From: Ktedonobacterales bacterium
GTDB lineage: Bacteria > Chloroflexota > Ktedonobacteria > Ktedonobacterales > JADMIN01
NCBI GenBank assembly: GCA_030167145.1
Contig: CP126532.1
Coordinates: 1-32,000 of the forward strand
DNA: 32,000 bases
Direction of reading: 5' to 3'
The notes beneath the pieces are model-generated. The model was not told where the DNA came from. It saw only the letters and a program-made list of their open reading frames with translations, and made no database searches. The translations under genes and the position numbers were made by a program. Shown here piece by piece: positions 1 through 8,081 of this stretch; within the stretch, counting starts at the first letter, position 1; each line of letters begins with the position of its first letter.

Positions 1-543
1 GCCAAACATGCCGAAGTAGAAGAAGTTTTGCAGAATCAAGCCGATGACCATTGAGAAGAAGGTCGCGATGGTCATCACGAGCATGTCGCGGTTGATGATG
101 TGTGTTAACTCGTGAGCCAGCACCGCCTCAAGCTCTGGTTCGCTGAGCGTGTCCAGAATGCCGGTCGTGACAGCCACCACGGCGTTATCCTTGTTGCGGC
201 CAGTGGCGAACGCGTTGGGTAGACTGGAGTTTACAATGGCGACCTTTGGCTTGGGTAGGTTCGCTTGCATGGCAAGCCGCCCAATCATGTCATGCAATTG
301 TGGCGCCTCCGCCTCAGTAACCTCTTTCGCACCCATTGAGGCGAGCGCAATCTTATCGGCGAAAAAGAACTGCACGACAGCGATAACCAACGCAACAGGA
401 ATCGCGATGATGCCATAGCCAAGCCGTGTCAGCACCCCCGCGAAGATCAGATAGACAGCGCCCAGTAGGAATATTGTCATGACCATGCGTACGGACAGCC
501 CTACGTCAGGCTTGTACCATCGCGGTCGTCCTCGAAGTGTCAT
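1..543 (-). CDS. htpX: Zn metalloprotease HtpX (peptidase M48), N-terminal 181 codons; 3' end lies beyond the window edge
   Basis: The complement frame is open from ATG (comp. 543-541) to position 1, so it has no stop and is absent from the ORF track. Translation is MTLRGRPRWYKPDVGLSVRMVMTIFLLGAVYLIFAGVLTRL..., with N-terminal hydrophobic helices. The HExxH zinc site (AVLAHELTHIINRDML) has HELTH encoded at comp. 114-100. A GAGG lies about 6-7 nt upstream of the ATG. Confidence 0.8.
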   Translation of the reverse strand, partial: MTLRGRPRWYKPDVGLSVRMVMTIFLLGAVYLIFAGVLTRLGYGIIAIPVALVIAVVQFFFADKIALASMGAKEVTEAEAPQLHDMIGRLAMQANLPKPKVAIVNSSLPNAFATGRNKDNAVVAVTTGILDTLSEPELEAVLAHELTHIINRDMLVMTIATFFSMVIGLILQNFFYFGMFG

Positions 544-685
544 GAAACGCCTCACTCTTGCATACTCTGATTCCCCTCTCCAACAGCATTTGCATGCGCA
601 ATGCCAGGAAGGGCAACGCTTTTCCCAGCGTCTCTCTATTCATACGTCACAATCATGAAAATGTCGTAAGAATCCTCGCGGCTCT

Positions 686-729
686 CAAGAAAACGAGAAA
701 GGCCACCGGAACACTCGTCCAGCGGCCTT
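686..729 (-). terminator. Putative rho-independent terminator after the 117-aa ORF
   Basis: An imperfect hairpin runs AAGGCCaCcGG (699-709) / CCaGcGGCCTT (719-729), with 6 perfect outer bp plus 3 further inner pairs. On the minus-strand transcript it is followed by a U-rich run (TCTCGTTTTCTT, plus coordinates about 686-698). It starts 13 nt after the stop codon at 742. Confidence 0.5.
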
Positions 730-741
730 GCCTGAAGCATG

Positions 742-1095
742 TCACTCCGATTGCTTTCGATCCTGCTCTTTGGCTTTCAATGCCCGATAATAGCTATGTG
801 GACGCGGATGATGTTCGTTGTCTTCGTATGCCGGACGCACAGAATCTTCATCTACACGCCGGTCATCATGCTCGCTGATGATTTCTTGCAAGTCATTGTA
901 GATGGCATAGTTATCCAGCGTCTCGCGCTGGCGTAACAAGTGTTTAATCATCATGGCTTGCGGCACGGCAGTTTGGCTGTTGCGTTCTGGCTCAGCCCGC
1001 TTCAGAAACTTCTCAACGAGTGCAATGCTGTCCTCATTCGCGCCGTTTTGCTCCAATCGGTCACGAATAAATTCTAGCTGCTCGTATGCATTCAC
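742..1095 (-). CDS. Hypothetical protein, 117 aa, charged/helical with an acidic His-rich C-terminal third
   Basis: ORF-track ORF with a GTG start at comp. 1095, preceded by AAGGGAG with a 6-nt spacer. A terminator-like hairpin lies just downstream. I recognise no family motif. Confidence 0.6.
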   Translation of the reverse strand: MNAYEQLEFIRDRLEQNGANEDSIALVEKFLKRAEPERNSQTAVPQAMMIKHLLRQRETLDNYAIYNDLQEIISEHDDRRVDEDSVRPAYEDNEHHPRPHSYYRALKAKEQDRKQSE

Positions 1096-1327
1096 TTCTG
1101 GCTCCCTTCACGCGACCACACACTCCCAGAGCGCCCCGACCATATGTTTCGCACCGGATGTGAGTGGTGTATGAATAACACTCAACTCGCCCCACCCAAT
1201 CCAATAGATTATACGGCATGAGGAGACATATCGTCACTCAACGGGCTGGCGCCATACTGAGATCAAAATATATTGATGTCGCATGAATGGCGAATTAAAG
1301 CGGCGCCGAATCATGATATGTCTGGCA

Positions 1328-1903
1328 CTATGCAAGTACGAACACGCAATAGTACTGGCCCTCCCCTAAGTCTCCTTGCTCGCGCATACGCAGCCCAGCA
1401 GTGCGCGCATCTTCTTCGAGTTCTTCGGGAGGAATCCTTTCGCTCAGTGGCGGTCCTGATACCTCGTCGCGAATCTGCCATTCGAGAACTGCAAGTCGCC
1501 CCGACGGCTTGAGTAGGCGCGCAGCGCGGTGGAGAAATGTCGCACGATGCTCAATCTCGTTTAATACGAACGCCAACAGCACAAAGTCGCAGCTTTCGGG
1601 AACAATGGGAATTTCGACCTCGCCGGTCTTTACAACACGCACGTTGTCCAATCCAGCTTCGGTGGCGCGACTACGGACGGCAGTGAGCATCTCACCTTGG
1701 ATGTCACCTGCTAATACACGCCCATACTCGCCTACGATTCGCGCCGCCGGCAATGCGAAGAATCCTGGCCCGCAACCAATGTCCGCTATCGTATGGCCGG
1801 GTTTCAGGCCCAGTGCGGTGAGCAACTTTTCGGGTCGCAGTATTGCCTCCCGCTCTTCGGAGAGCAAGAGTTGCTTTTCCCGGACATCAAATTTATGCGG
1901 CAT
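1328..1903 (-). CDS. Class I SAM-dependent methyltransferase
   Basis: 191 aa with the SAM-binding motif I DIGCGPGFF and a downstream acidic loop (LAGDIQ). AAGGAG lies 6 nt upstream of the ATG at comp. 1903. Confidence 0.85.
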   Translation of the reverse strand: MPHKFDVREKQLLLSEEREAILRPEKLLTALGLKPGHTIADIGCGPGFFALPAARIVGEYGRVLAGDIQGEMLTAVRSRATEAGLDNVRVVKTGEVEIPIVPESCDFVLLAFVLNEIEHRATFLHRAARLLKPSGRLAVLEWQIRDEVSGPPLSERIPPEELEEDARTAGLRMREQGDLGEGQYYCVFVLA

Positions 1904-2213
1904 GAGGCGCTCCTTTGCGCTACGCTGAAGTTATTCCTAGTTCACGGTCTTCCGATGTGGATGGTAGCACAGACAGCATGGCGCTGCCACGTTGACCACG
2001 CCCGCTTGAGCGTTCCCAACGTAACCCCTGGTTCAGAAGTGCCATACGAGTGGCTTGCCTTCATCTTAGCTTAAGGATTGCCGTGTATAGTGAAATATGC
2101 GCACATCGAAGACACCAATGTGGATGGCGGTCAGATGTCAAGAAGGCAGGCGCCATGGGACGCCAATAGTACATGACAGAGTGCGAAGCATAGCGCGAGG
2201 CGCGGCTCTAGAC

Positions 2214-2250
2214 TATAATGAGAGTAATGTGCGCGTACCTGCGTGCGCGC
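2214..2250 (+). promoter_or_regulatory. Candidate tatA promoter -10 box plus 5'-UTR stem-loop
   Basis: A perfect TATAAT sits at 2214-2219, but there is no good -35. It is followed by an 8-bp hairpin, GCGCGTAC (2231-2238) / loop CTGC / GTGCGCGC (2243-2250). This would sit near the 5' end of a tatA transcript, about 25 nt before the tatA ATG. Confidence 0.3.
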
Positions 2251-2275
2251 AGAGCGGAGAAACGGAGCGATTCTT

Positions 2276-2581
2276 ATGGGTGGTTTCCATTGGCCTGAGT
2301 TGATCATCATTGTGGCCATTGCGCTTTTGGTCTTTGGCCCGAAGCGACTTCCTGAGATGGGGTCGTCCATCGGGAAGACCATTCGCGAGTTCCAAAAATC
2401 AATGCGGGAGGTGACGCAGCCAGAGCAACCTTCCACTCCTGCCACGCCCGCATTGCCGCCAGCTACTAACGTTGCTGCGGTATCCGGCCAGGAGACAGCC
2501 GCACCCAACGCCACTGAGAGTACTCCAGACGTCACGTCATCATTAGCAGCGCAGACGTCAACTGGGACCACTGCTGAATAG
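2276..2581 (+). CDS. tatA: Twin-arginine translocase subunit TatA/E
   Basis: Translation is MGGFHWPELIIIVAIALLVFGPKRLPEMGSSIGKTIREFQKSM, the canonical TatA TM helix, hinge and amphipathic helix. It is followed by a Pro/Thr/Ala/Ser-rich tail. The start is trimmed to ATG 2276 (GGAG 8 nt upstream) from the ORF-track start at 2243. Confidence 0.9.
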   Translation: MGGFHWPELIIIVAIALLVFGPKRLPEMGSSIGKTIREFQKSMREVTQPEQPSTPATPALPPATNVAAVSGQETAAPNATESTPDVTSSLAAQTSTGTTAE

Positions 2582-2805
2582 CGGCACTGACTTGGGACGC
2601 CGGAGTAAAAGTTGAAACATTGATTGGCCGTGAAGCAGATCGTACATGTGTATATCACGTGCCGAGAAGATTTGTGTGCGCCTTGAGCGCTTCGTTATAC
2701 GTCTCACCCTGTGAAGGATGACGCGATATCGCGATTTTTGGCTTGGGATGGGTCGGGTGTGGTAGCTGTGCGATGCATGATGCGCTCACGATGAGGAGAC
2801 GGCTC

Positions 2806-3624
2806 ATGGCAAGAAACGATGTTTACGATGGTGTACAACTGGGCCAACAAGGCAATCTGGCAAACATCCCTCCTACACCGGGCGATGAGGGCGAGGGCGA
2901 AGGCGCGACGATGACGCTTGTCGAGCACCTCGAAGAATTGCGGAAGCGCCTTTTCTTCTCTGTGCTAGCCATCGCTATCTTCTCGATTCTGGGTTTCGTG
3001 TTCTGGGATAAGATCCTTGAGTTCCTCGCATCTCCACTTCCAGATATTGCCGCGAAACTTTCTGATTCAGGGCATCAAAAGCTCATTTCGACCGATCTTG
3101 GTGGTCCATTTCTCGTAGCGCTGAAGGTGGCCGTAGCAGTCGGCATTGTCGTTGGCTCTCCAATCATTCTATATCAGGTTTGGGCCTTCATCTCGCCAGC
3201 GCTTACACGTAAAGAGCGCAAATACGCCCTACCATTCACTGTGCTAGGGGTCGGACTATTCATCACCGGGCTGGCGCTAGGCTATGTCGTACTTCGCTAT
3301 CCAGTGCAATGGCTCTTTCACTTTGGCAGCGACCAATTCATCTTGCTTCCTGATGCCAACAGCTATCTCACATTCGTCGCCTATTTTCTACTAGCCTTCG
3401 GCATCGTCTTTGAACTGCCATTAGTGCTTACATTTATGGGCATTGTTGGCATCATCAATAGTCGGATGCTACGCCAAAAGCGCATGTACATCCTCTTCGG
3501 CCTCTGGGTGCTTTCCTGTTTCATCACACCTGGCGCCGACCCGTATAGCCCGATAATTATCGGCGTCTCCTTGACTTTCCTCTTCGAGTTATCCGTATTG
3601 CTTCTGCGGATCATTAAGAAATAG
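2806..3624 (+). CDS. tatC: Twin-arginine translocase subunit TatC
   Basis: Multi-pass membrane protein with the TatC signature N-terminus LVEHLEELRKRLF and six hydrophobic segments. ATG 2806 has AGGAG (2794-2798) 7 nt upstream. The ORF-track start at 2743 has no SD. Confidence 0.9.
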   Translation: MARNDVYDGVQLGQQGNLANIPPTPGDEGEGEGATMTLVEHLEELRKRLFFSVLAIAIFSILGFVFWDKILEFLASPLPDIAAKLSDSGHQKLISTDLGGPFLVALKVAVAVGIVVGSPIILYQVWAFISPALTRKERKYALPFTVLGVGLFITGLALGYVVLRYPVQWLFHFGSDQFILLPDANSYLTFVAYFLLAFGIVFELPLVLTFMGIVGIINSRMLRQKRMYILFGLWVLSCFITPGADPYSPIIIGVSLTFLFELSVLLLRIIKK

Positions 3625-3752
3625 CCAGCCCCGTGCGTGTTCGTGATTGCAATCTCTCTCGTAGACTTGATTAGCAACGGGCCGATGAGAAAGAGATATA
3701 TCGCATCGCTGCACTCGCGCGTGCCAGGAACGTAAGTGCCATAGTTTGTCCA

Positions 3753-4688
3753 CTAGCCAACAAGCACGTCTGCTATTTCGCGTAACTCCTCTGGAGTCAA
3801 TTTCCACTCTGCTGCTCGTGCGTTACCAGCCACCTGCTCTGGGCGGGTCGTACCGGCGATGATGGTGCTCACAGCAGGCTGAGCCGCCAGCCACGCCAGC
3901 GCCAACTCCCCTACCGTGCGCCCGCGTTCTCGCGCCCAGGTATCCAGTCGCTGAACGGCCTCCAATGTCTCTGCGCGGAGTCGTGGCTCGAACCTTGGAT
4001 TATTATGCCCACGGGTCCCCTCTGGCGGCGGCTCGCCTGGTCTGTACTTCCCGGTGAGTACACCCGCGCCCAGTGGAAAGTAAGGAATAATGCCAATTCC
4101 GAAATGCAGACAACATGGCACAAGCTCCCGCTCGATCTCACGCTCTAGCAGATTGTATTCCGGCTGCGCTGAAACGAATTTTGCTAGTTGCTCACGGTCG
4201 CTGATCCAAAGCGCCTCCGTCAGTTGCCATGCAGCATAGTTTGAGCAGCCGATGTAGCGCACCTTGCCTGCGCGCACTAGATCATCCAGCGCGCTGAGCG
4301 TCTCTTGCAGTGGTGTCAGCGCGTCGAACTCGTGAATTTGGAACAGGTCAATCGTCTCGATGTCCAGGCGACGCAGGCTTGCGTGGCAACTCTCCGTCAC
4401 GTGCTTGCGCGACGAGCCATACTCATTCGGCCCTTCGCCCATACGCATTCCGACCTTCGTAGCGATCACCGCTGAATCCCTGAATCCTCTCAGTGCTTTG
4501 CCCAGATACGTTTCCGAAATGCCCAGATTGTAGATATTCGCGGTATCGAAAAAATTGATTCCCTGCTCCAGTGCCTCGCGCACAATCTCCGCCGTCCGTG
4601 ATTCATCCGCATAGCGCCCGAATGTGTTGCCGCCCAATCCAATTACGGAGACCCGTAGTCCTGAGCGGCCAAGCTGTCTGTATTCCAT
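3753..4688 (-). CDS. Aldo/keto reductase family oxidoreductase
   Basis: The N-terminus MEYRQLGRSGLRVSVIGLGGNTFG, plus DTANIY and the LDIETIDLFQIHEFD pattern, are typical of the AKR superfamily. The ATG at comp. 4688 matches the conserved N-terminus. The ORF track extends 9 codons further to a TTG at 4715. Confidence 0.9.
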   Translation of the reverse strand: MEYRQLGRSGLRVSVIGLGGNTFGRYADESRTAEIVREALEQGINFFDTANIYNLGISETYLGKALRGFRDSAVIATKVGMRMGEGPNEYGSSRKHVTESCHASLRRLDIETIDLFQIHEFDALTPLQETLSALDDLVRAGKVRYIGCSNYAAWQLTEALWISDREQLAKFVSAQPEYNLLEREIERELVPCCLHFGIGIIPYFPLGAGVLTGKYRPGEPPPEGTRGHNNPRFEPRLRAETLEAVQRLDTWARERGRTVGELALAWLAAQPAVSTIIAGTTRPEQVAGNARAAEWKLTPEELREIADVLVG

Positions 4689-4859
4689 TCGTTCAGAGTC
4701 CCTCTCGTCGGGCAAAGTGACGTGCTAGTTCACGGCTCCAATTGTACCGCAAATTGTTCATCTTGCCAGCCATGCGGCAACCGTATATGGCCGACTTTCC
4801 TATATGTTAGCACTGAATTTCGATTTGCCAACATGCGCGGAAAGTCATTCGTTTGCGCG

Positions 4860-5894
4860 TTAGCGATGAAGAAGTGGCCAATAGAGCAACAGAATGATGG
4901 TAAGCATACAAAGTATGACACTTCCGAGAACTTGTTTGTCTCGCCAAAGTAGCTCATCGGGCCGATCTCCCTCGCCTTTGACATAGATGAGGTAAAGATA
5001 GCGAAAGACACCGAAGAGGACAAACGGAATTGTCAGCATCAAAGCGTGACCAGCGCCCAGACCTTGGATTGTATAGAGGCTGTACGTGATGAGTGTGCAG
5101 GTGACAACTACACCCATGAGTTGATCGAGGAGTTGCAGCGTGTAATGGCGCAGGTTAGCGCGATGACTCACAGCACCCGTGTTCAAGTTGACTAGCTCGG
5201 CACGTCGTTTGCCCAAAGCTAACAGGAGTGCCAAGAAAGTCGTACAGAGATAGAACCACGGGGAGATCGGTACGGGAATGGCCAGCGCACCTGCTATGGC
5301 GCGGAGGACAAAACCAATGGCGATGATGAAGACATCCCAAAGTACTTCATGTTTGAGCCGAAGCGAGTAGAGTATATTTATGCCCAAGTAACTGACAATA
5401 GTGAGAATGAATAATGTCGCCGCCCCCCCCCATTCGGCGAAAGGATCAGGCTGCCCGCGAAGAAGGACGAACGCGAGCCAGACACTTAGGCCCAGGGAAA
5501 TAACGACGCATGCGACGCCGACAAGCGTGGCAGCGCGGCGCGAAAGACGGCCTGAGGCGATTGGACGGTAGCGTTTACGAGGGTGCATCCTATCACTATC
5601 GCGGTCCGCTATGTCATTCATGATGTACACGGCGCTTGCGGCAAAGCAGAAAGCGAGGAATGCAACAGCGACGCGCTCGACATCTGCATGATCGGTTAGG
5701 CGCTGAGCAAAGATGAGAGCAAGAAATACCAGCGTATTCTTCGTCCATTGAGCAGGCCGCATGGCAGCAAATGCAGCTTTCGCTTGGCCGACAATGCTGA
5801 CATCCTCTGTATGGAGTGTTGCTCTGTCTTCTGGCTCGATGGAATCTGAGGGTGTCCGTCCAAGTGTGCCTGACCCGCGAGATCCAGATCTCAT
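4860..5894 (-). CDS. UbiA-family prenyltransferase, decaprenyl-phosphate phosphoribosyltransferase (DPPR synthase)-like
   Basis: Polytopic membrane protein with the Asp-rich motif NDIADRDSDRMHPRKRYRPIASG (NDxxDxxxD...KxxRPIAxG), as in the DPPR synthase branch of UbiA. The ATG at comp. 5894 has GAGG 7 nt upstream. The ORF-track ATG at 5930 has no SD. Confidence 0.8.
   Translation of the reverse strand: MRSGSRGSGTLGRTPSDSIEPEDRATLHTEDVSIVGQAKAAFAAMRPAQWTKNTLVFLALIFAQRLTDHADVERVAVAFLAFCFAASAVYIMNDIADRDSDRMHPRKRYRPIASGRLSRRAATLVGVACVVISLGLSVWLAFVLLRGQPDPFAEWGGAATLFILTIVSYLGINILYSLRLKHEVLWDVFIIAIGFVLRAIAGALAIPVPISPWFYLCTTFLALLLALGKRRAELVNLNTGAVSHRANLRHYTLQLLDQLMGVVVTCTLITYSLYTIQGLGAGHALMLTIPFVLFGVFRYLYLIYVKGEGDRPDELLWRDKQVLGSVILCMLTIILLLYWPLLHR
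5423..5431. repeat. Homopolymer C9 (G9 on the coding strand) inside the prenyltransferase CDS
   Basis: Direct reading: ...gtcgccgCCCCCCCCCattcgg. On the coding strand it encodes EWGGAA (GAA TGG GGG GGG GCG GCG). Confidence 0.95.
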
Positions 5895-6024
5895 CGTGTC
5901 ACCTCGCGATTTGTGGGAAGGTGCCCACATCTAGCACATGATAGCGTGCTAAAGAGAGCAAAATGTGGCGAGCATGATAGCTAATACATGACCTTCACCT
6001 TCCAGCAAGCCGTCGCTAATAAGG

Positions 6025-7008
6025 CTATGTGGTAGGTGAGGATGCTCCAACTGTCTCACGCTTATACACTCCAATAGCGCGGAATCGCTGGTAGCGTTGT
6101 TCGAGGAGTTGTTCTGTAGCCAGTTGCTCAAGCTCGCTAATATGCCTGATAATGGCTGACTTCACGGCAGCAGCAGCGGCGGCGTAGTCTTGGTGCGCGC
6201 CGCCTGCTGGCTCGGGAATTATCTCTTCGATCAACTTAAGTTTGAGCAGTTCTTGTGCTGTGATTTTCATTGCCGCCGCAGCCTTGTGAGCATGGGAGCT
6301 GTCGCGCCAGAGAATCGAGGCGGCAGCTTCAGGGCTGGCAACGGTGTAGATAGTGTTCTCTAGCATCAATATGCGGTCGGCAACACTTGTGGACAACGCT
6401 CCGCCACTTCCCCCCTCACCGATGACAATGCTCACGATAGGTGTGCGAAGTCCGGCCATAACAAAGAGACTTTCGGCAATAGCCTGGGCAATACCACGCT
6501 GTTCAGCTTCTAGATCAAGCGAGGCGCCAGAGATGTCTATCAGCGTGACGACCGGCATTTGAAATTGCTCGGCTTGACGCATCAGTCGCTGCGCTTTGCG
6601 ATATCCTTCGGCATGGGCCATGCCAAAATTACGCTCCAAGCGATCCTTTGTATCGCGCCCTTTCTGGTTACCGATCAGCATAATAGTCTTGCCGTCAATG
6701 CTGGCAAGCCCGCCCATGATGGCATGGTCATCAGCATAACGGCGATCTCCGTGCAGTTCAAAGAAATCGTCGCTGACAAGGTTGATATAGTCAGCGGTAT
6801 ATGGGCGATTCTTATGTCGTGCGACTTGAACCCGCTGGGTAGGTGTGAGGTTGCGATAAATCTCACGGGCACGTTGATCCAACTGTATTCTCAGTCCATC
6901 AAGCTGCGTCCGCTCATCGGGACGCAGACGGTCGCCACGACGCTGAAGCGCTTGAATACGCTTGTCAAGGTCGGCAAGAGGGCGTTCAAATTCAAGATCA
7001 TATGGCAT
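6025..7008 (-). CDS. accA: Acetyl-CoA carboxylase carboxyltransferase subunit alpha
   Basis: 327 aa. The N-terminus MPYDLEFERPLADLDKRIQAL, plus DISGASLDLEAEQRGIAQAIA and GEGGSGGAL, are characteristic AccA motifs. GGAAGGAG lies 6 nt upstream of the ATG. The gene is directly downstream of accD. Confidence 0.95.
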   Translation of the reverse strand: MPYDLEFERPLADLDKRIQALQRRGDRLRPDERTQLDGLRIQLDQRAREIYRNLTPTQRVQVARHKNRPYTADYINLVSDDFFELHGDRRYADDHAIMGGLASIDGKTIMLIGNQKGRDTKDRLERNFGMAHAEGYRKAQRLMRQAEQFQMPVVTLIDISGASLDLEAEQRGIAQAIAESLFVMAGLRTPIVSIVIGEGGSGGALSTSVADRILMLENTIYTVASPEAAASILWRDSSHAHKAAAAMKITAQELLKLKLIEEIIPEPAGGAHQDYAAAAAAVKSAIIRHISELEQLATEQLLEQRYQRFRAIGVYKRETVGASSPTT

Positions 7009-7057
7009 TTGGCGCTCCTTCCGCGTGGTGGTGTTTCAGGCGCAGAGGCAAGAACAG

Positions 7058-8014
7058 TCACACGAATCGTTTACTAGCTGCTCCGTAGAGACGCAAGATG
7101 CGCCCAATCGTAGGGCGTAAATCGCGTCGGTGAACGATGGTGTCTATCATGCCCCGCTGGAGCACAAACTCAGATGTATTGGTGTCTTTGGGCAGCTTTT
7201 GGTGCATGGCTTGCTCAATGACACGCGGACCAGTGAAGCCAATGACAGCGCCAGGTTCGGCAAGGATTACGTCGCCAAGCATCGAGAAACTAGCGAATAC
7301 TCCGCCGGTAGTTGGGTCGGTGAGAAGCGAGATAAATGGCACCCCAGCATCCGCAAGGCGCCTTAATGCTGCCGAGGTCTTTGCCATCTGCATGAGGGCG
7401 AACAAACCTTCTTGCATGCGTGCTCCGCCAGACGCCGAGATAATGAGCAGCGGCAGGCGATCTTTGGTAGCACGTTCAATACCAAGTGTGATCTTCTCTC
7501 CCGCAACCGAACCCATGCTGCCTCCTATGAAACGGAAGTCCATGACCACGATGATGAGCGGCATCCGCTCGATTTCACCCTTGCCAACAACAACCGATTC
7601 GTTCAGGCCTGTTGCCCGGCGCTTCGATTCAAGCTCAGCGATGTATGGGCCTTTTGCGTCGCTGACGAATCCGAGAGGATCAGCGGATAGGAGGTCATTG
7701 GCAAATTCCTCGAAGGAATCACGGTCGAGCAGCATATCTATGCGCTCATGCGCGTCCATGCGGAAATGGTATCCACAGCGCGGGCAGACCTTCTGGTTTC
7801 GCTCCAAGTCCTTGCCGACAAGCAACTCACGGCAATTGGGACACTTGACCGCCAGGTTTGTGGGCAAAGTATGTACGGCGTCTGGATGTGCGCCGTTATG
7901 ACCCACTACCGGTAGTGCCGGTTTTGATTCGTCCCTCACCGCTGATGCCCTTTCGTCGAAATTTGGTGAGCTGCTGGTGGTATGGCATTTACCGCTGACA
8001 TCCGCTCCCACCAC
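7058..8014 (-). CDS. accD: Acetyl-CoA carboxylase carboxyltransferase subunit beta
   Basis: Contains the zinc ribbon CPNCRELL...CPRCGYHF followed by the carboxyltransferase beta domain (MDFRFIGGSMGSVAGEKI, SASGGARMQEG). The start is uncertain: GTG at 8014 has no clear SD, and about 55 residues precede the zinc ribbon. Confidence 0.88.
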   Translation of the reverse strand: MVGADVSGKCHTTSSSPNFDERASAVRDESKPALPVVGHNGAHPDAVHTLPTNLAVKCPNCRELLVGKDLERNQKVCPRCGYHFRMDAHERIDMLLDRDSFEEFANDLLSADPLGFVSDAKGPYIAELESKRRATGLNESVVVGKGEIERMPLIIVVMDFRFIGGSMGSVAGEKITLGIERATKDRLPLLIISASGGARMQEGLFALMQMAKTSAALRRLADAGVPFISLLTDPTTGGVFASFSMLGDVILAEPGAVIGFTGPRVIEQAMHQKLPKDTNTSEFVLQRGMIDTIVHRRDLRPTIGRILRLYGAASKRFV

Positions 8015-8081
8015 CGGATGTCACCGTAGTGTGATTCGTACCACATCTATCTTATAAGGCGCGTCAATAGCACTGAAAGTC

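Noticed and set aside
1955-2127. 10-nt direct repeat ATGTGGATGG at 1955-1964 and 2118-2127 in the methyltransferase/tatA divergent region.
   Set aside because: A single 10-mer recurrence is expected many times by chance in 32 kb, and no additional repeat structure surrounds it.
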